A DNA stretch of 64,000 nt from Candidatus Aminicenantes bacterium UBA6228 (GTDB taxonomy: Bacteria; Acidobacteriota; Aminicenantia; Aminicenantales; Saccharicenantaceae). Below the pieces are notes generated by a model. That model saw only the letters and a list, made by a program, of their open reading frames with translations, was not told where the DNA came from and made no database searches. Position numbers and translations under genes: made by a program. The stretch spans positions 88,662-152,661 of the forward strand of contig DJWO01000014.1 of assembly GCA_002441005.1 (NCBI GenBank), written 5' to 3'. Of this stretch, positions 20,786 to 30,575 are shown one piece after another (position 1 is the first letter of the stretch; each line of letters opens with the position of its first letter).

Positions 20786-21310
20786 ATGAAGAGAAGTCTA
20801 ATGGCCCTGCTCATAGCGGTAACACTGCTGGCCGCCTATGGCTGCCATAAATCTGAAACACCAGCTGGTGAAGGAACTTCGTCTTCGGCCTCAGCTGAGC
20901 CGGCTCCTTCTTTTGAGGTCACGTCCCTTTCCGGACAGCAATTGAGTTTATCTTCTTTAGCTGGTAAGGTGATTCTGGTCAATTTCTGGGCGACCTGGTG
21001 TCCACCCTGCCGGGCAGAAATTCCAGATTTTATCGAGGCTTATTCAGAGCTTAAAGATAAAGGGCTTGAAATACTGGGCTTTTCAGTTGACGATCTATCT
21101 GAAGCTGAACTGAAGAAATTTGTAGATGAAGCCAAAATGAATTATCCAGTGTCACTCGTCGGCCAGGATATTGTCAATGCTTTTAAGCCCGGTCAATATA
21201 TACCGACCTCCATCTTTATTGATAAGAAGGGCAATATCCGTTATCGCCATGTTGGGAAACTGGAAAAAGCTGACCTTATCAAGAAGTTTGAAGAACTGAA
21301 TCAGGAATAA
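20786..21310 (+). CDS. TlpA/ResA-type thiol-disulfide oxidoreductase lipoprotein
   Basis: Lipobox LAAYGC; NFWATWCPPCRAEIP; IPTSIFID. Confidence 0.9.
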   Translation: MKRSLMALLIAVTLLAAYGCHKSETPAGEGTSSSASAEPAPSFEVTSLSGQQLSLSSLAGKVILVNFWATWCPPCRAEIPDFIEAYSELKDKGLEILGFSVDDLSEAELKKFVDEAKMNYPVSLVGQDIVNAFKPGQYIPTSIFIDKKGNIRYRHVGKLEKADLIKKFEELNQE

Positions 21311-21339
21311 AAGCAAGCCGGTCTTTAGCTTCAGTAGAT

Positions 21340-22332
21340 TTACCAGCGATAGACAGTTGAAGCCCAGGTAAAGCCGGCGCCAAAAGCCACCATGACAATA
21401 ATTTTACCCGGTTGAAGCTTGCCCTCTTCTTCTAATTCATGTAAAGCGACCGGAATAGTGGCGACTGACATATTGCCATATTTATGAATATTAACGACGA
21501 TTTTGTCTTTGGGCAGATTAAGCCTTTCACCAGTGGCATCAATAATTCTCAGATTAGCCTGATGGGGAATTAAATAATCAACCTGCTCTTTTTCCAGGCC
21601 TGCCCGCTTTAAAGCCTCTAAGGCAGACTCTCCCATTCTTTTGACCGCATGCTTAAAGACTTCATTGCCCTTCATGGTAATATAGTGAAGCTTTTTTTCG
21701 ACAGTTTTTTCACTGCCTGGATGAAGAGTTCCACCGCCAGGCAAAATCAGCAGTTCAGCCAGTGAGCCATCAGCTCCCCAGAAATGCGAAATCAAGCCAG
21801 ACTCATCCTGACTTTCCTCTAAAATAAAAGCCCCGGCTCCATCACCGAAAAGGACGCAGGTCCCCCGGTCTTCCCAGTTGGTGACCTTGGACAGAATATC
21901 TACCCCAACCAGTAAAATCCGGCGGGCCACCCCGCCCAGAATCAAACCCTCAGACACAATCAGGCCATAAAGGAAGCCAGTGCAACCAGCTTCAAGATCA
22001 AAAGCAGGAGTCTCTTTAATACCCAGCTTCCTCTGCAGCCAGCAGGCTGTTGCCGGAAAAATTGTATCCGGGGTGTTGGTGGCTACCAGAATTAAATCAA
22101 TATCTTCCGCTTTCAAACTCGCTCGCTCCAGGGCCATTCTGGCCGCCTTCTCAGCCAGATCAGAGGTGACCTGTTCTCTGGAAGCTATTCTTCTCTCTTT
22201 AATGCCGGTTCTGGTGGTGATCCATTCATCGGAGGTCTCAACCATTTTCTCCAGCTCAGCATTGGTCAAGACCTTATCCGGAAGATAAATTCCGGTGCTT
22301 CTGATTTTAATCTGCCTCTTCTTTTTAATCAT
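21340..22332 (-). CDS. fabH: 3-oxoacyl-ACP synthase III
   Basis: WITTRTGIKERR, AGCTGF (Cys), LFGDGAG, PHQAN (His), YGN (Asn), FGAGFTW. Confidence 0.96.
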   Translation of the reverse strand: MIKKKRQIKIRSTGIYLPDKVLTNAELEKMVETSDEWITTRTGIKERRIASREQVTSDLAEKAARMALERASLKAEDIDLILVATNTPDTIFPATACWLQRKLGIKETPAFDLEAGCTGFLYGLIVSEGLILGGVARRILLVGVDILSKVTNWEDRGTCVLFGDGAGAFILEESQDESGLISHFWGADGSLAELLILPGGGTLHPGSEKTVEKKLHYITMKGNEVFKHAVKRMGESALEALKRAGLEKEQVDYLIPHQANLRIIDATGERLNLPKDKIVVNIHKYGNMSVATIPVALHELEEEGKLQPGKIIVMVAFGAGFTWASTVYRW

Positions 22333-22428
22333 CTAAATACCCTTAAACACCCTGAAATTTTTTTTATCATACCTTTTTTTAATTTAAAAATAAAGACGAT
22401 GGTGTTAGAATTTTTAAGTTAAGGTCCA

Positions 22429-23709
22429 ATGAAAAGATACTCCTGGCCATTCTGTCTGGTTAAACTTTTTGCTTTATTAATAATCTTTGGCCTGAGCCAG
22501 GACCGCTGGCTGGAAGCCCAGCTTCCAACCGGCCAGTATTTAGAAGAAAGCCCGCTCGGCAGCTGGAATCAGTTTGGACTTGACTCAGCCGCTACTCTGG
22601 GAACAGGGTTTTCCCAGCTGACTTTAGCTCAAAACAGCCAGGCTATATTTTCTAATCCGGCTCTTCTGAGCTCGCTTAAACCAGGCAGGTTAACCATCAA
22701 TTCCGGCTTCAATCAAACTCAGCTTTTTGACTTCTGGCTGGTAAATACTGGAGTTATCTCCACGGATTCCAATCTCACTTATCGCGGTTTGGAAATTAAT
22801 TACCTGGGCTTTAACTATAATCTGGGTAAATTCAGCCTGGCCTTAGCCTGGGCTCAAACTGAAAATTATGGCCGGCCTTCGATTGATTACCGTTATGTTG
22901 AAAATGAGGTTCTTTATGACCGGATGAGATTGAGGCAGTCGGGGCAGCTGAGGGCTTTCAGCCTGGCTCTGGCCAGAAAAATTAATCCCAGGCTTCGTCT
23001 GGGCTTAAGCCTTGTCTTTTTGACCGGGAAAATCGAAAGAGAACTGGAAGAAGACTGGCCCCAGGACGGCACCTCCATGACCGACAACCGCCGGCAAAAA
23101 ATAACCGGTTTTTATCCAGTTGTTGGCCTGGAATATGTGGCGAGCTCCCGCCTGAGTCTGGGCTTTAGCTTCACTCCCCCCTACCAGAGAAAGATAAATA
23201 GCCAAAGCTTTTTAAGCTACGCTTCAGCTGAAACCGAAATCAGCTTTGAGGGTCAGGCAGACGATAGAGCCAGCCAGCCGCTGGTCATGGGCGCCGGTCT
23301 CAGGTATAGACTTAAAGACAATCTTAACCTCTGTCTCGAATCGAGATATTTTGCCTGGAACCATTATTCTTATTCTTATTTTGGTGAAAACCTGAAACGC
23401 GATTTCCGGGCAATTATCGACCTGAGCGCTGGCCTGGAGGCCCAAACTGAAATTAATTTTCGGGGCCGGCGGTGGAAAACACCTTATTATGCCGGCTTGA
23501 GAATTGATCCCCAGCCGATGAAGGATATCAGCTCAACCTACTACTATTTAACTTTCGGTTCTGGCCTGGGCAATGATTATTTTGTCCTGTCATTTTCTAC
23601 GGCTATTGGTTTCGAACATGGCTCCGGCCATCATCTCAAGAATCAAAAAATTGTGGTTACCCTGGATCTCAATCCAGCCGAAATTTTTAAAGCAAAAGCC
23701 AGGAGGTAA
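22429..23709 (+). CDS. Outer-membrane beta-barrel protein, FadL/OmpP1-like
   Basis: Signal peptide, NPALL motif near the N-terminus, alternating amphipathic strands rich in G/Y/F. Confidence 0.6.
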   Translation: MKRYSWPFCLVKLFALLIIFGLSQDRWLEAQLPTGQYLEESPLGSWNQFGLDSAATLGTGFSQLTLAQNSQAIFSNPALLSSLKPGRLTINSGFNQTQLFDFWLVNTGVISTDSNLTYRGLEINYLGFNYNLGKFSLALAWAQTENYGRPSIDYRYVENEVLYDRMRLRQSGQLRAFSLALARKINPRLRLGLSLVFLTGKIERELEEDWPQDGTSMTDNRRQKITGFYPVVGLEYVASSRLSLGFSFTPPYQRKINSQSFLSYASAETEISFEGQADDRASQPLVMGAGLRYRLKDNLNLCLESRYFAWNHYSYSYFGENLKRDFRAIIDLSAGLEAQTEINFRGRRWKTPYYAGLRIDPQPMKDISSTYYYLTFGSGLGNDYFVLSFSTAIGFEHGSGHHLKNQKIVVTLDLNPAEIFKAKARR

Positions 23710-23711
23710 AA

Positions 23712-24869
23712 ATTTTCAGGTTAGCTGCCCGGAAAAACAGAACAGTTTTTGGAATTTTCATTATATTTTTCTCTTTATCAATTTTAAACCAGGCCGCCGG
23801 TGGCCAGGCCAGAGCCGCTCGCCTTAGCCGGCTGGGCAGCCTCAATGGAGCTTATCATTCTTATGGCGAGCTCGAGTCAGAATTGAAACAGCTGGCTGCC
23901 GGCTATCCGTCAATTGTCCGGCTGTCCTCTCTGGGCCAGAGTCTGGAAAAGAGGAACATCTATGCCTTAAAAATAAGCGACCATCCTGGCCAGCGGGAAA
24001 ACGAGCCGAAGGTAGCTTTTCTTGGTTGCCATCATGCCCGGGAGTGGATCTCAGTTGAAGTTCCCCTTGAGATAGCCAGTTATTTAATAAGAAATTACGA
24101 GAATGATGAGCGGGTCAAAGCTATAGTCAACTCGTCAGAAATCTGGATCATACCCCTGGTCAATCCGGACGGTCTTGATTATTCCATTTTGAATTACCGC
24201 CTCTGGCGGAAAAACCGCCGCTTAAACGACAATGGCTCATTCGGAGTTGATTTGAACCGGAATTATTCATTCTACTGGGGAGCTGATGATCTGGGGTCAA
24301 GCCCTCTTCCCTCCTCTGAAACTTACCGCGGAGAACAGCCCTTCTCCGAACCGGAAACTTCGGCTATCAGAGACTTATTTCTTAATGTCAACTTTTCAGC
24401 CGTCATTTCTTATCACAGTTTCTCTCAGACTATCCTTTATCCCTGGAGCTATGCCGACCTGCCGGCCGGCCAGGAGTTATTATTCCAGCAGTTAGCCTCT
24501 GAGCTGGCCAGATTGATCAGCCAGGTTAATGGCCGTATTTACCAGACTGCCCGGTCGTCTTCTGCCTACTTAACCAATGGAGATTTTATAGACTGGGTCT
24601 ATGGCCTTTTTGATATTCCAGCTTTAACCATCGAACTTCCGCCTGTCGATCTAACAGCAGGGGGCTTTTTTAATTCTGAGCAGGACATTCAGAGCATTGC
24701 CGCTGAAAATCTGCCGGCGGCCCTTTATCTTCTCGACTGGGCCATTTCAACCTATAACCACCAGGAAGGGCAATTAAACCCGGAAAGGAAAAATCAGCTT
24801 GAAAAAAGCCCCGGAAATAGCCTAAAAAATAAGCGGGTGAGGTTGACCGGCCAGGAGGGCAGCAATTGA
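23712..24869 (+). CDS. M14 zinc carboxypeptidase (carboxypeptidase T like), exported
   Basis: HHAREW, NPDG, WRKNR, GVDLNRNY, YHSF, TIEL. The frame stays open upstream of the ORF-track TTG 23883 through a signal peptide; candidate ATT start at 23712 behind AGGAGG. Confidence 0.85.
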   Translation: MFRLAARKNRTVFGIFIIFFSLSILNQAAGGQARAARLSRLGSLNGAYHSYGELESELKQLAAGYPSIVRLSSLGQSLEKRNIYALKISDHPGQRENEPKVAFLGCHHAREWISVEVPLEIASYLIRNYENDERVKAIVNSSEIWIIPLVNPDGLDYSILNYRLWRKNRRLNDNGSFGVDLNRNYSFYWGADDLGSSPLPSSETYRGEQPFSEPETSAIRDLFLNVNFSAVISYHSFSQTILYPWSYADLPAGQELLFQQLASELARLISQVNGRIYQTARSSSAYLTNGDFIDWVYGLFDIPALTIELPPVDLTAGGFFNSEQDIQSIAAENLPAALYLLDWAISTYNHQEGQLNPERKNQLEKSPGNSLKNKRVRLTGQEGSN

Positions 24870-25384
24870 ATGAATTACGAACGAGCTATCTCATTCCTGC
24901 CGCTGAAAGCCAGAAAGAAGGCCTGCCAGTCTGGATTTTTTATATTATCTTTTGCGCTGTTCTCCTTCTTCTCTTTTTAGCTTTTCTTCATAATAAGGAT
25001 TTAAGGAATAAAATTAATAATATTTTTTTAGCTTACAAAAAAAAATTCATGAAATTCTGGCTGGAAGCTATTCTCCGCCGCCAGGAGAAAAAAAAGAACA
25101 AACTCTTAATCCAGCTTGGTCAGCAGGGAACTTCAGCCTGGCCTGAACTCAAAGATCAAAGCCAGGCAGCTTCTGAAATAAACTCTCTGGAAGAAAAGAA
25201 AGAAAAGTTTGGAGAAGCCCGCTGCGAACTGGCCAGTTCTCAACTGGAAGCGCATTATCGGGCTATTGGCTTGATTATTAATAAAATTAGACCGGGGATA
25301 AAAGCTTTAGCCATTTATTATTCCCGGATTGATCAGGCTGAAAGAAGAATCAAAATCCTCAAAAAAGAGTTAGAAAACCTTTAA
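24866..25384 (+). CDS. Hypothetical single-pass membrane protein with coiled-coil tail
   Basis: One TM helix (VWIFYIIFCAVLLLLFLAFL); 4-nt overlap with the upstream gene. Confidence 0.65.
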   Translation: MNELRTSYLIPAAESQKEGLPVWIFYIIFCAVLLLLFLAFLHNKDLRNKINNIFLAYKKKFMKFWLEAILRRQEKKKNKLLIQLGQQGTSAWPELKDQSQAASEINSLEEKKEKFGEARCELASSQLEAHYRAIGLIINKIRPGIKALAIYYSRIDQAERRIKILKKELENL

Positions 25385-25427
25385 GCTGCTTCTTTACCGC
25401 CTGCCGTTTGAAGGCTAAAATAGCTGT

Positions 25428-25973
25428 ATGAATGATCAGTCCGGAATTCTGGCTCATCTGTGCTGTGCTCCGGATGCTCTCTATGTCGTCAGCCTCCTTC
25501 AAGCCAGCTACCAGGTAACCGGATTTTTCTATAACCCCAACATTTACCCTGAGGAAGAATATGATCTCCGGCTTAATGAAACCCGCCGGGTAGCCAGCCG
25601 CCTCGGCTTTAAATTAATTGAGGGAGAATATGACCAGGACCGCTGGCTACAATTAACAGAAAAATTCAAAGATGAACCCGAAAAAGGACGAAGATGCCAG
25701 ATCTGTTATGCCTGGCGGCTTCAGGCCACCGCCCGGCTGGCCAAAGAGCTGGGCCTTCCCCTTTTTACCACCATAATGAGTATTAGCCCCTGGAAAAGTG
25801 CCGACGTTTTGAACCGCATCGGCCGCCTGACCGCTAGAAAATTTAGTCTTGAATTCCTGGAAGCCAATTTTAAGAAAAAAGACGGTTTTAGAAAAAGTGT
25901 GGCTCTGAGCCAGGATTTTGGACTTTACCGACAGAATTATTGCGGATGTCTCTATAGCCGGAAGGCCAGGTAG
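25428..25973 (+). CDS. queH: Epoxyqueuosine reductase QueH (DUF208)
   Basis: HLCCAPD, FYNPNIYPEEEY, RCQICY, RQNYCGC. Confidence 0.9.
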   Translation: MNDQSGILAHLCCAPDALYVVSLLQASYQVTGFFYNPNIYPEEEYDLRLNETRRVASRLGFKLIEGEYDQDRWLQLTEKFKDEPEKGRRCQICYAWRLQATARLAKELGLPLFTTIMSISPWKSADVLNRIGRLTARKFSLEFLEANFKKKDGFRKSVALSQDFGLYRQNYCGCLYSRKAR

Positions 25974-25976
25974 GAT

Positions 25977-28265
25977 ATGCGCCGGGTAGAGGATAAAACC
26001 GGACAGTTAAAAGCCTACCGGCTACTGGTCAGGGGAACAGTTCAGGGAGTAGGTTTCCGGCCATTTATTTACCGCTTAGCTACCAGGCTAAATTTTGGTG
26101 GTTATGTTAAAAATGTCGGTGAAGGCGTAGAGATTTATCTCGAAGGCGGCCAGGCTGATTTCGGCCGTTTCCTTCAAGCCTTAAAAGATGACTTACCGCC
26201 GCTGGCCAGAGTTGAAAGCCTGGACTGGCTGGAAGTTGAGAAGGAAGGACGGAATAAATTTACAATCGACCGGACGGCCGCCGGGGAATCTTTTGTTTTT
26301 ATTTCACCTGATATCGCTACCTGTCCTGATTGCCTTAAAGAAATAGAGACTCCCGGAGAAAGACGCTACCATTATCCCTTTACCAATTGCACCAATTGCG
26401 GACCGCGTTACACGATCGTTAACAAGCTACCCTATGACCGGGAAAGCACCACCATGGCTGGCTTTAAGATGTGCCTGGACTGCCTGAAGGAATATGAAAA
26501 TCCGCTTGACCGGCGTTACCATGCTCAGCCCATAGCCTGCCCGGCCTGCGGGCCACAGCTGGTTTTACTTGAAGCCCGAACCAGAAAGCCAGTGAGTGAG
26601 CCTCTGGCTTCAGCAGTCCGCCTGGTCAAGCAGGGAAAAATTTTAGCGGTCAAAGGCCTGGGTGGATTCCATTTGATTTGTGATCCATTTAACCTTCAGG
26701 CGGTCAGGCGGCTACGAAAGATCAAACAGAGAAAAGTTAAACCCTTAGCTCTGATGGCTAAGGACATAGAGACGGTCTCTGAATATGCTTTTCTCAGCCG
26801 GGCTGAGAAAGACTGGCTGACCTCCTCCCGCCGGCCAATAGTTCTGTTAAGAAAAAAGAAAGATATTCCCGGACTGGCGCCGCAAGCAGACACTCTGGGT
26901 TTTATGCTGCCCTATACTCCTCTTCACCATCTTTTGCTCCAGGAGCTCAGGGTGATTGTGGCTACCAGCTCAAATAGAAAAGATGCACCCATTATCAAAG
27001 ACGACTCAGAGATTGGACCTGAGCTAAGCGATTTTATTCTGACTCACAACCGGGAAATAGCCATGAGGGCCGACGATTCTGTCCTCGAAGTTGTCCGCTC
27101 CAAACCACTTTTCTCGCGGCGGGCCAGAGGCTTTGTGCCTTTTCCCCAGAAGGTTCCAGGTGGCCTGCAATCAAAAGCCAGGGTTCTGGCCGTCGGCGGT
27201 GAGCTCAAAAATACAGTTTCCATTTATAAAAATGGTTATGTCATTACCTCCCAGTTTCTGGGCGACCTCGACGATTATCAGAATTTTGGCTACTTTCTGG
27301 AAACAATTGACCATTTTAAGAAGCTGTTTGGTTTCAAACCTGATCTGGTCATCAGCGACCTGCAGCCCGATTTCAGAAGCACCAGTTACGCCCGCTCAAC
27401 CGGCCTTCCCCATTTCTTGCTTCAGCATCATTTTGCCCATGTCCTGGCTCCACTACTTGAACATCAACTGCCGCCGCCAGTCAGGGTTCTCGGTGTTAGC
27501 TTTGACGGTTATGGCTACGGAGATGACGGGCAGGCCTGGGGCGGAGAGTTCCTGCTGGCTGGTTACACTGGTTATAAAAGGTATGCCCATCTGGACTATG
27601 TCCCGCTTCCGGGCGGCGACGCCGCGGTTAGAGAACCGTGGCGAATGGCCCTGTCTTTCCTCCTCAAGGCTGGCGGGCCAGACTACCCGCCGGTAAAATC
27701 GCTGGAACCAATTTCAGCCAGAAAGAAACAAGCAGTCAGACAATTAATTGAAAAAAGGATAAACACTCCCCTGACTTCAAGTGCCGGCCGGCTGTTTGAT
27801 GCTGTCTCCTGCTTAGCCGGACTGGCTCCTGAAAAAATAGAATTTGAGGCTCAGGCCCCGGTCAGCCTGGAGACAGCCGCTTCCCTGGCCCGTCCAACTT
27901 CCAGAGCTTACCCTTATTTGTTTTTGAAAGATAAGCTGCCCTACCGCCTTGATTTTGTACCAACCATAAAAGAGATAATAGAAGAATTAATCCGGGGACG
28001 AGGACCTGGAACCATAGCCCTTAAATTCCATAACACCCTGGCCAGGGCCATTCTGGAAGTCTGTTTACAAGCCAGGCAAGAAGAAGGCGTGGATAAAATT
28101 GTACTGACCGGAGGAGTTTTCCTGAACAGGATTTTACTGGGAAGAACAGAGCAACTGCTAAGGAAAAATAGATTTGAAGTTTTACGTCCGGTTTATTACT
28201 CTCCGGGCGACGAATCACTGTCGTTAGGTCAGATCGCTTATGGCCTCAATCTAACGGTCAGGTAA
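25977..28265 (+). CDS. hypF: [NiFe]-hydrogenase maturation carbamoyltransferase
   Basis: GTVQGVGFRPF, two Zn fingers (CPDC..CTNCGPR; CLDC..HAQPIACPACGP), KGLGGFHL, QHHFAH, SSAGRLFDA, PGDESLSLGQ. Confidence 0.96.
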   Translation: MRRVEDKTGQLKAYRLLVRGTVQGVGFRPFIYRLATRLNFGGYVKNVGEGVEIYLEGGQADFGRFLQALKDDLPPLARVESLDWLEVEKEGRNKFTIDRTAAGESFVFISPDIATCPDCLKEIETPGERRYHYPFTNCTNCGPRYTIVNKLPYDRESTTMAGFKMCLDCLKEYENPLDRRYHAQPIACPACGPQLVLLEARTRKPVSEPLASAVRLVKQGKILAVKGLGGFHLICDPFNLQAVRRLRKIKQRKVKPLALMAKDIETVSEYAFLSRAEKDWLTSSRRPIVLLRKKKDIPGLAPQADTLGFMLPYTPLHHLLLQELRVIVATSSNRKDAPIIKDDSEIGPELSDFILTHNREIAMRADDSVLEVVRSKPLFSRRARGFVPFPQKVPGGLQSKARVLAVGGELKNTVSIYKNGYVITSQFLGDLDDYQNFGYFLETIDHFKKLFGFKPDLVISDLQPDFRSTSYARSTGLPHFLLQHHFAHVLAPLLEHQLPPPVRVLGVSFDGYGYGDDGQAWGGEFLLAGYTGYKRYAHLDYVPLPGGDAAVREPWRMALSFLLKAGGPDYPPVKSLEPISARKKQAVRQLIEKRINTPLTSSAGRLFDAVSCLAGLAPEKIEFEAQAPVSLETAASLARPTSRAYPYLFLKDKLPYRLDFVPTIKEIIEELIRGRGPGTIALKFHNTLARAILEVCLQARQEEGVDKIVLTGGVFLNRILLGRTEQLLRKNRFEVLRPVYYSPGDESLSLGQIAYGLNLTVR

Positions 28266-28286
28266 TCGATCACCTTGCCGTTTTTT

Positions 28287-29087
28287 TCAGGATGGCTGGT
28301 TTCTGGAATGTCGGCGGGCCCTTTGCAGCTTAAAACCCGGACCTCCAAAAAAATAAATTGAGGCATTAATCAAAAAAGCCAGAACAAAACCCCCGGCAGC
28401 CATGATTAGAAATCCAAGCAGGCCGCCCAGGAAACTAAAAACAAGGCTGCCAACCAGCTTTCCCTGCATTTCCTGTAAAGCGGTTGGAAGCCAGGCTTTC
28501 AGACCTGGTAAAAAACCTGTCGCCCCCGCCATCAAACCAAATAAAATCCCAAGGAAAATGCCCAGTCCACCAAAAAATAACAAAAAGCTTAGAGGATCAG
28601 CAGCGCTCAGGTACCAGAGGTCAGTTTCTTCATTTATTTTCTGGCCAGCTGCCGCCCGGCTCTGGTTTTTGACCTGATTCTGATTGTCATCTGTCCTGAT
28701 GCCTGCACCGCAGGCAGGGCAAACAGACTGGCCCTCGGCCAGCAGCCGGCCGCACTCAGGACAGGCTAATTTCGCCTGTCCTTCAGTCAGAGGAGATTGA
28801 CATCTTGAACAAACTTCAGCTTCAATCTCGTTTTCATAGCCGCAAACCGGACAGCACCTGGTCTCCCGGCTATCCGCCGGTGGTTCAGCTTTTAGCCATT
28901 TTTTCCCGTCATAAAAATACCACTGGCCGCTCTGAGCTCCCAGCATCCAGCACCGGCCATGATCATCAAACAACCGTAGTTTTCTGAGAGATTCGGCAAA
29001 TTGCTCACGGCTGAGCTGGCCCTTGATGAATTTCTGGCGGAGCCGGTCAAAATTGCTTTCTACTATCTGAAATCTCTTATCTACCAT
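28287..29087 (-). CDS. Hypothetical membrane protein with double zinc ribbon
   Basis: CPVC..CSRC..CPEC..CPAC, followed by two or three Gly-rich TM helices. Confidence 0.75.
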   Translation of the reverse strand: MVDKRFQIVESNFDRLRQKFIKGQLSREQFAESLRKLRLFDDHGRCWMLGAQSGQWYFYDGKKWLKAEPPADSRETRCCPVCGYENEIEAEVCSRCQSPLTEGQAKLACPECGRLLAEGQSVCPACGAGIRTDDNQNQVKNQSRAAAGQKINEETDLWYLSAADPLSFLLFFGGLGIFLGILFGLMAGATGFLPGLKAWLPTALQEMQGKLVGSLVFSFLGGLLGFLIMAAGGFVLAFLINASIYFFGGPGFKLQRARRHSRNQPS

Positions 29088-29267
29088 CTTAATTTAAACC
29101 TCTTCAAATTTATACCTTCTGACCCCGTCTTGGCAAGCTTCAGCCCCGGAAAACTTATGACGATCTTTTGTGCAGGTTGTTGTATCTATTTGAAAGCAAA
29201 AGCACTTGGCCAGCCTTTTAACCGATTTTGCACAGGCTTTTCCACAAAAATTGTGGATTTTAAAAAC

Positions 29268-30176
29268 CTATTTAAAGAGATCCAGCAGTCCGCTCTCAGT
29301 GACTGGCGCTGGAATAAAAGAGACTAAAAAGATAATTAAGACTAAAAAGCCAATAATCTGTCTTTTTAGAGATAGCCTGGCCGGTTCCCAGGCCACTGGC
29401 GGATGTCTTAGCCCAAGCACCAGAACTAAAACTGCCCAGATCAGCCAGCCGGCCCAGTAAAAGACTCCCATAATCGCCAGAAAGCCGACAATGATATAAG
29501 ATATTTTTCTGACTTTATCTCCAAAAAGAGAATAAAATATATGTCCTCCATCCAGCTGGCCAATAGGGAAAAGATTAAAAGAAGTGACCAGCAGGCCCAC
29601 CCAGGCGGCCATAGCCATCGGATGTAAAATCAGTGACTGACCGGCTGGCACCGGCCCGAAGATCATTCTGGTCATGGCCTTGAGGAGCCAGGGCTCGCCA
29701 AACTCTATGGCTCCTTCGCCAATTAAAGCCGGCGTTAACCTCGATAAGGTCAGGCCAAAATACAGAGCTGGCACTGATAAAATGAAACCAGCCAGAGGCC
29801 CATTAGCCCCGATATCAAACAGCTCATCCCGCCTGGTCAGGGGCGACTGGATCCGGATAAAAGCGCCCAGGGTTCCGATTAAGGTCGGAGCCGGTATAAA
29901 GTAAGGCAAGGTAGCTTCAATCCGGTATCTTTTGCAGGTTAAATAATGACCGAGCTCATGCCCGAGAAGAATTACCAGGAGAGAAAAAGAATAAATCAGA
30001 CTCAAGCGGTTCAGGACCGGGTTAAAGATGATTTTAATATTGACCAGAGCGGGCACCTGATCAATTTCCTGCCCGGCATAGACATAATTTATGGCCCAGA
30101 GGAAACCAACAAAATAGGTGGAAATAACTGTCAAAAAGAAAAGTAAATAATTTACCCACCTTTTGCTCTGAGCCAT
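29268..30176 (-). CDS. Site-2 protease (M50) intramembrane metalloprotease
   Basis: HELGH and NLFPIGQLDGGH; multiple TM helices. Confidence 0.92.
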   Translation of the reverse strand: MAQSKRWVNYLLFFLTVISTYFVGFLWAINYVYAGQEIDQVPALVNIKIIFNPVLNRLSLIYSFSLLVILLGHELGHYLTCKRYRIEATLPYFIPAPTLIGTLGAFIRIQSPLTRRDELFDIGANGPLAGFILSVPALYFGLTLSRLTPALIGEGAIEFGEPWLLKAMTRMIFGPVPAGQSLILHPMAMAAWVGLLVTSFNLFPIGQLDGGHIFYSLFGDKVRKISYIIVGFLAIMGVFYWAGWLIWAVLVLVLGLRHPPVAWEPARLSLKRQIIGFLVLIIFLVSFIPAPVTESGLLDLFK

Positions 30177-30245
30177 TTTAAACCGGAACCTGTATTAAAA
30201 GAAAAAGCAAGAGAACCTGAGGCCCTCCTGCCTTTTAATTTGATC

Positions 30246-30497
30246 TCAGGAGTTACTCTTGATTTTGTTAAATTTAGTTTCCAGCTCTTCTTTGGTCTCT
30301 CGATGATCGGGATCAGGAATGCAACAATTTACCGGGCAGACCGAAGCGCACTGGGGTTCATCAAAATAACCAACGCATTCAGTACATTTGTCTGGGTTGA
30401 TCTCATATCTTTCATCACCAGCCGAGATCGCTTGATTCGGACATTCTGGTTCGCAGGCACCGCAATTGATACATTCTTCTGTGATTTTATAGGCCAT
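30246..30497 (-). CDS. 2x[4Fe-4S] ferredoxin, YfhL-like
   Basis: [12 protein letters not shown] and [18 protein letters not shown]. Confidence 0.93.
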   Translation of the reverse strand: MAYKITEECINCGACEPECPNQAISAGDERYEINPDKCTECVGYFDEPQCASVCPVNCCIPDPDHRETKEELETKFNKIKSNS

Positions 30498-30575
30498 CTT
30501 TTCCTCCTGTTGTTTAGTGAATAGTTAAAACATATTATAACTTCTAAGAAAAAATATACAAGACAGAGTCCAATA

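Noticed and set aside
29215-29260. DnaA-box-like cluster (TTTTCCACA, TGTGGATT) as oriC
   Set aside because: All boxes are mismatched, there are few of them, and no dnaA/dnaN context is present.
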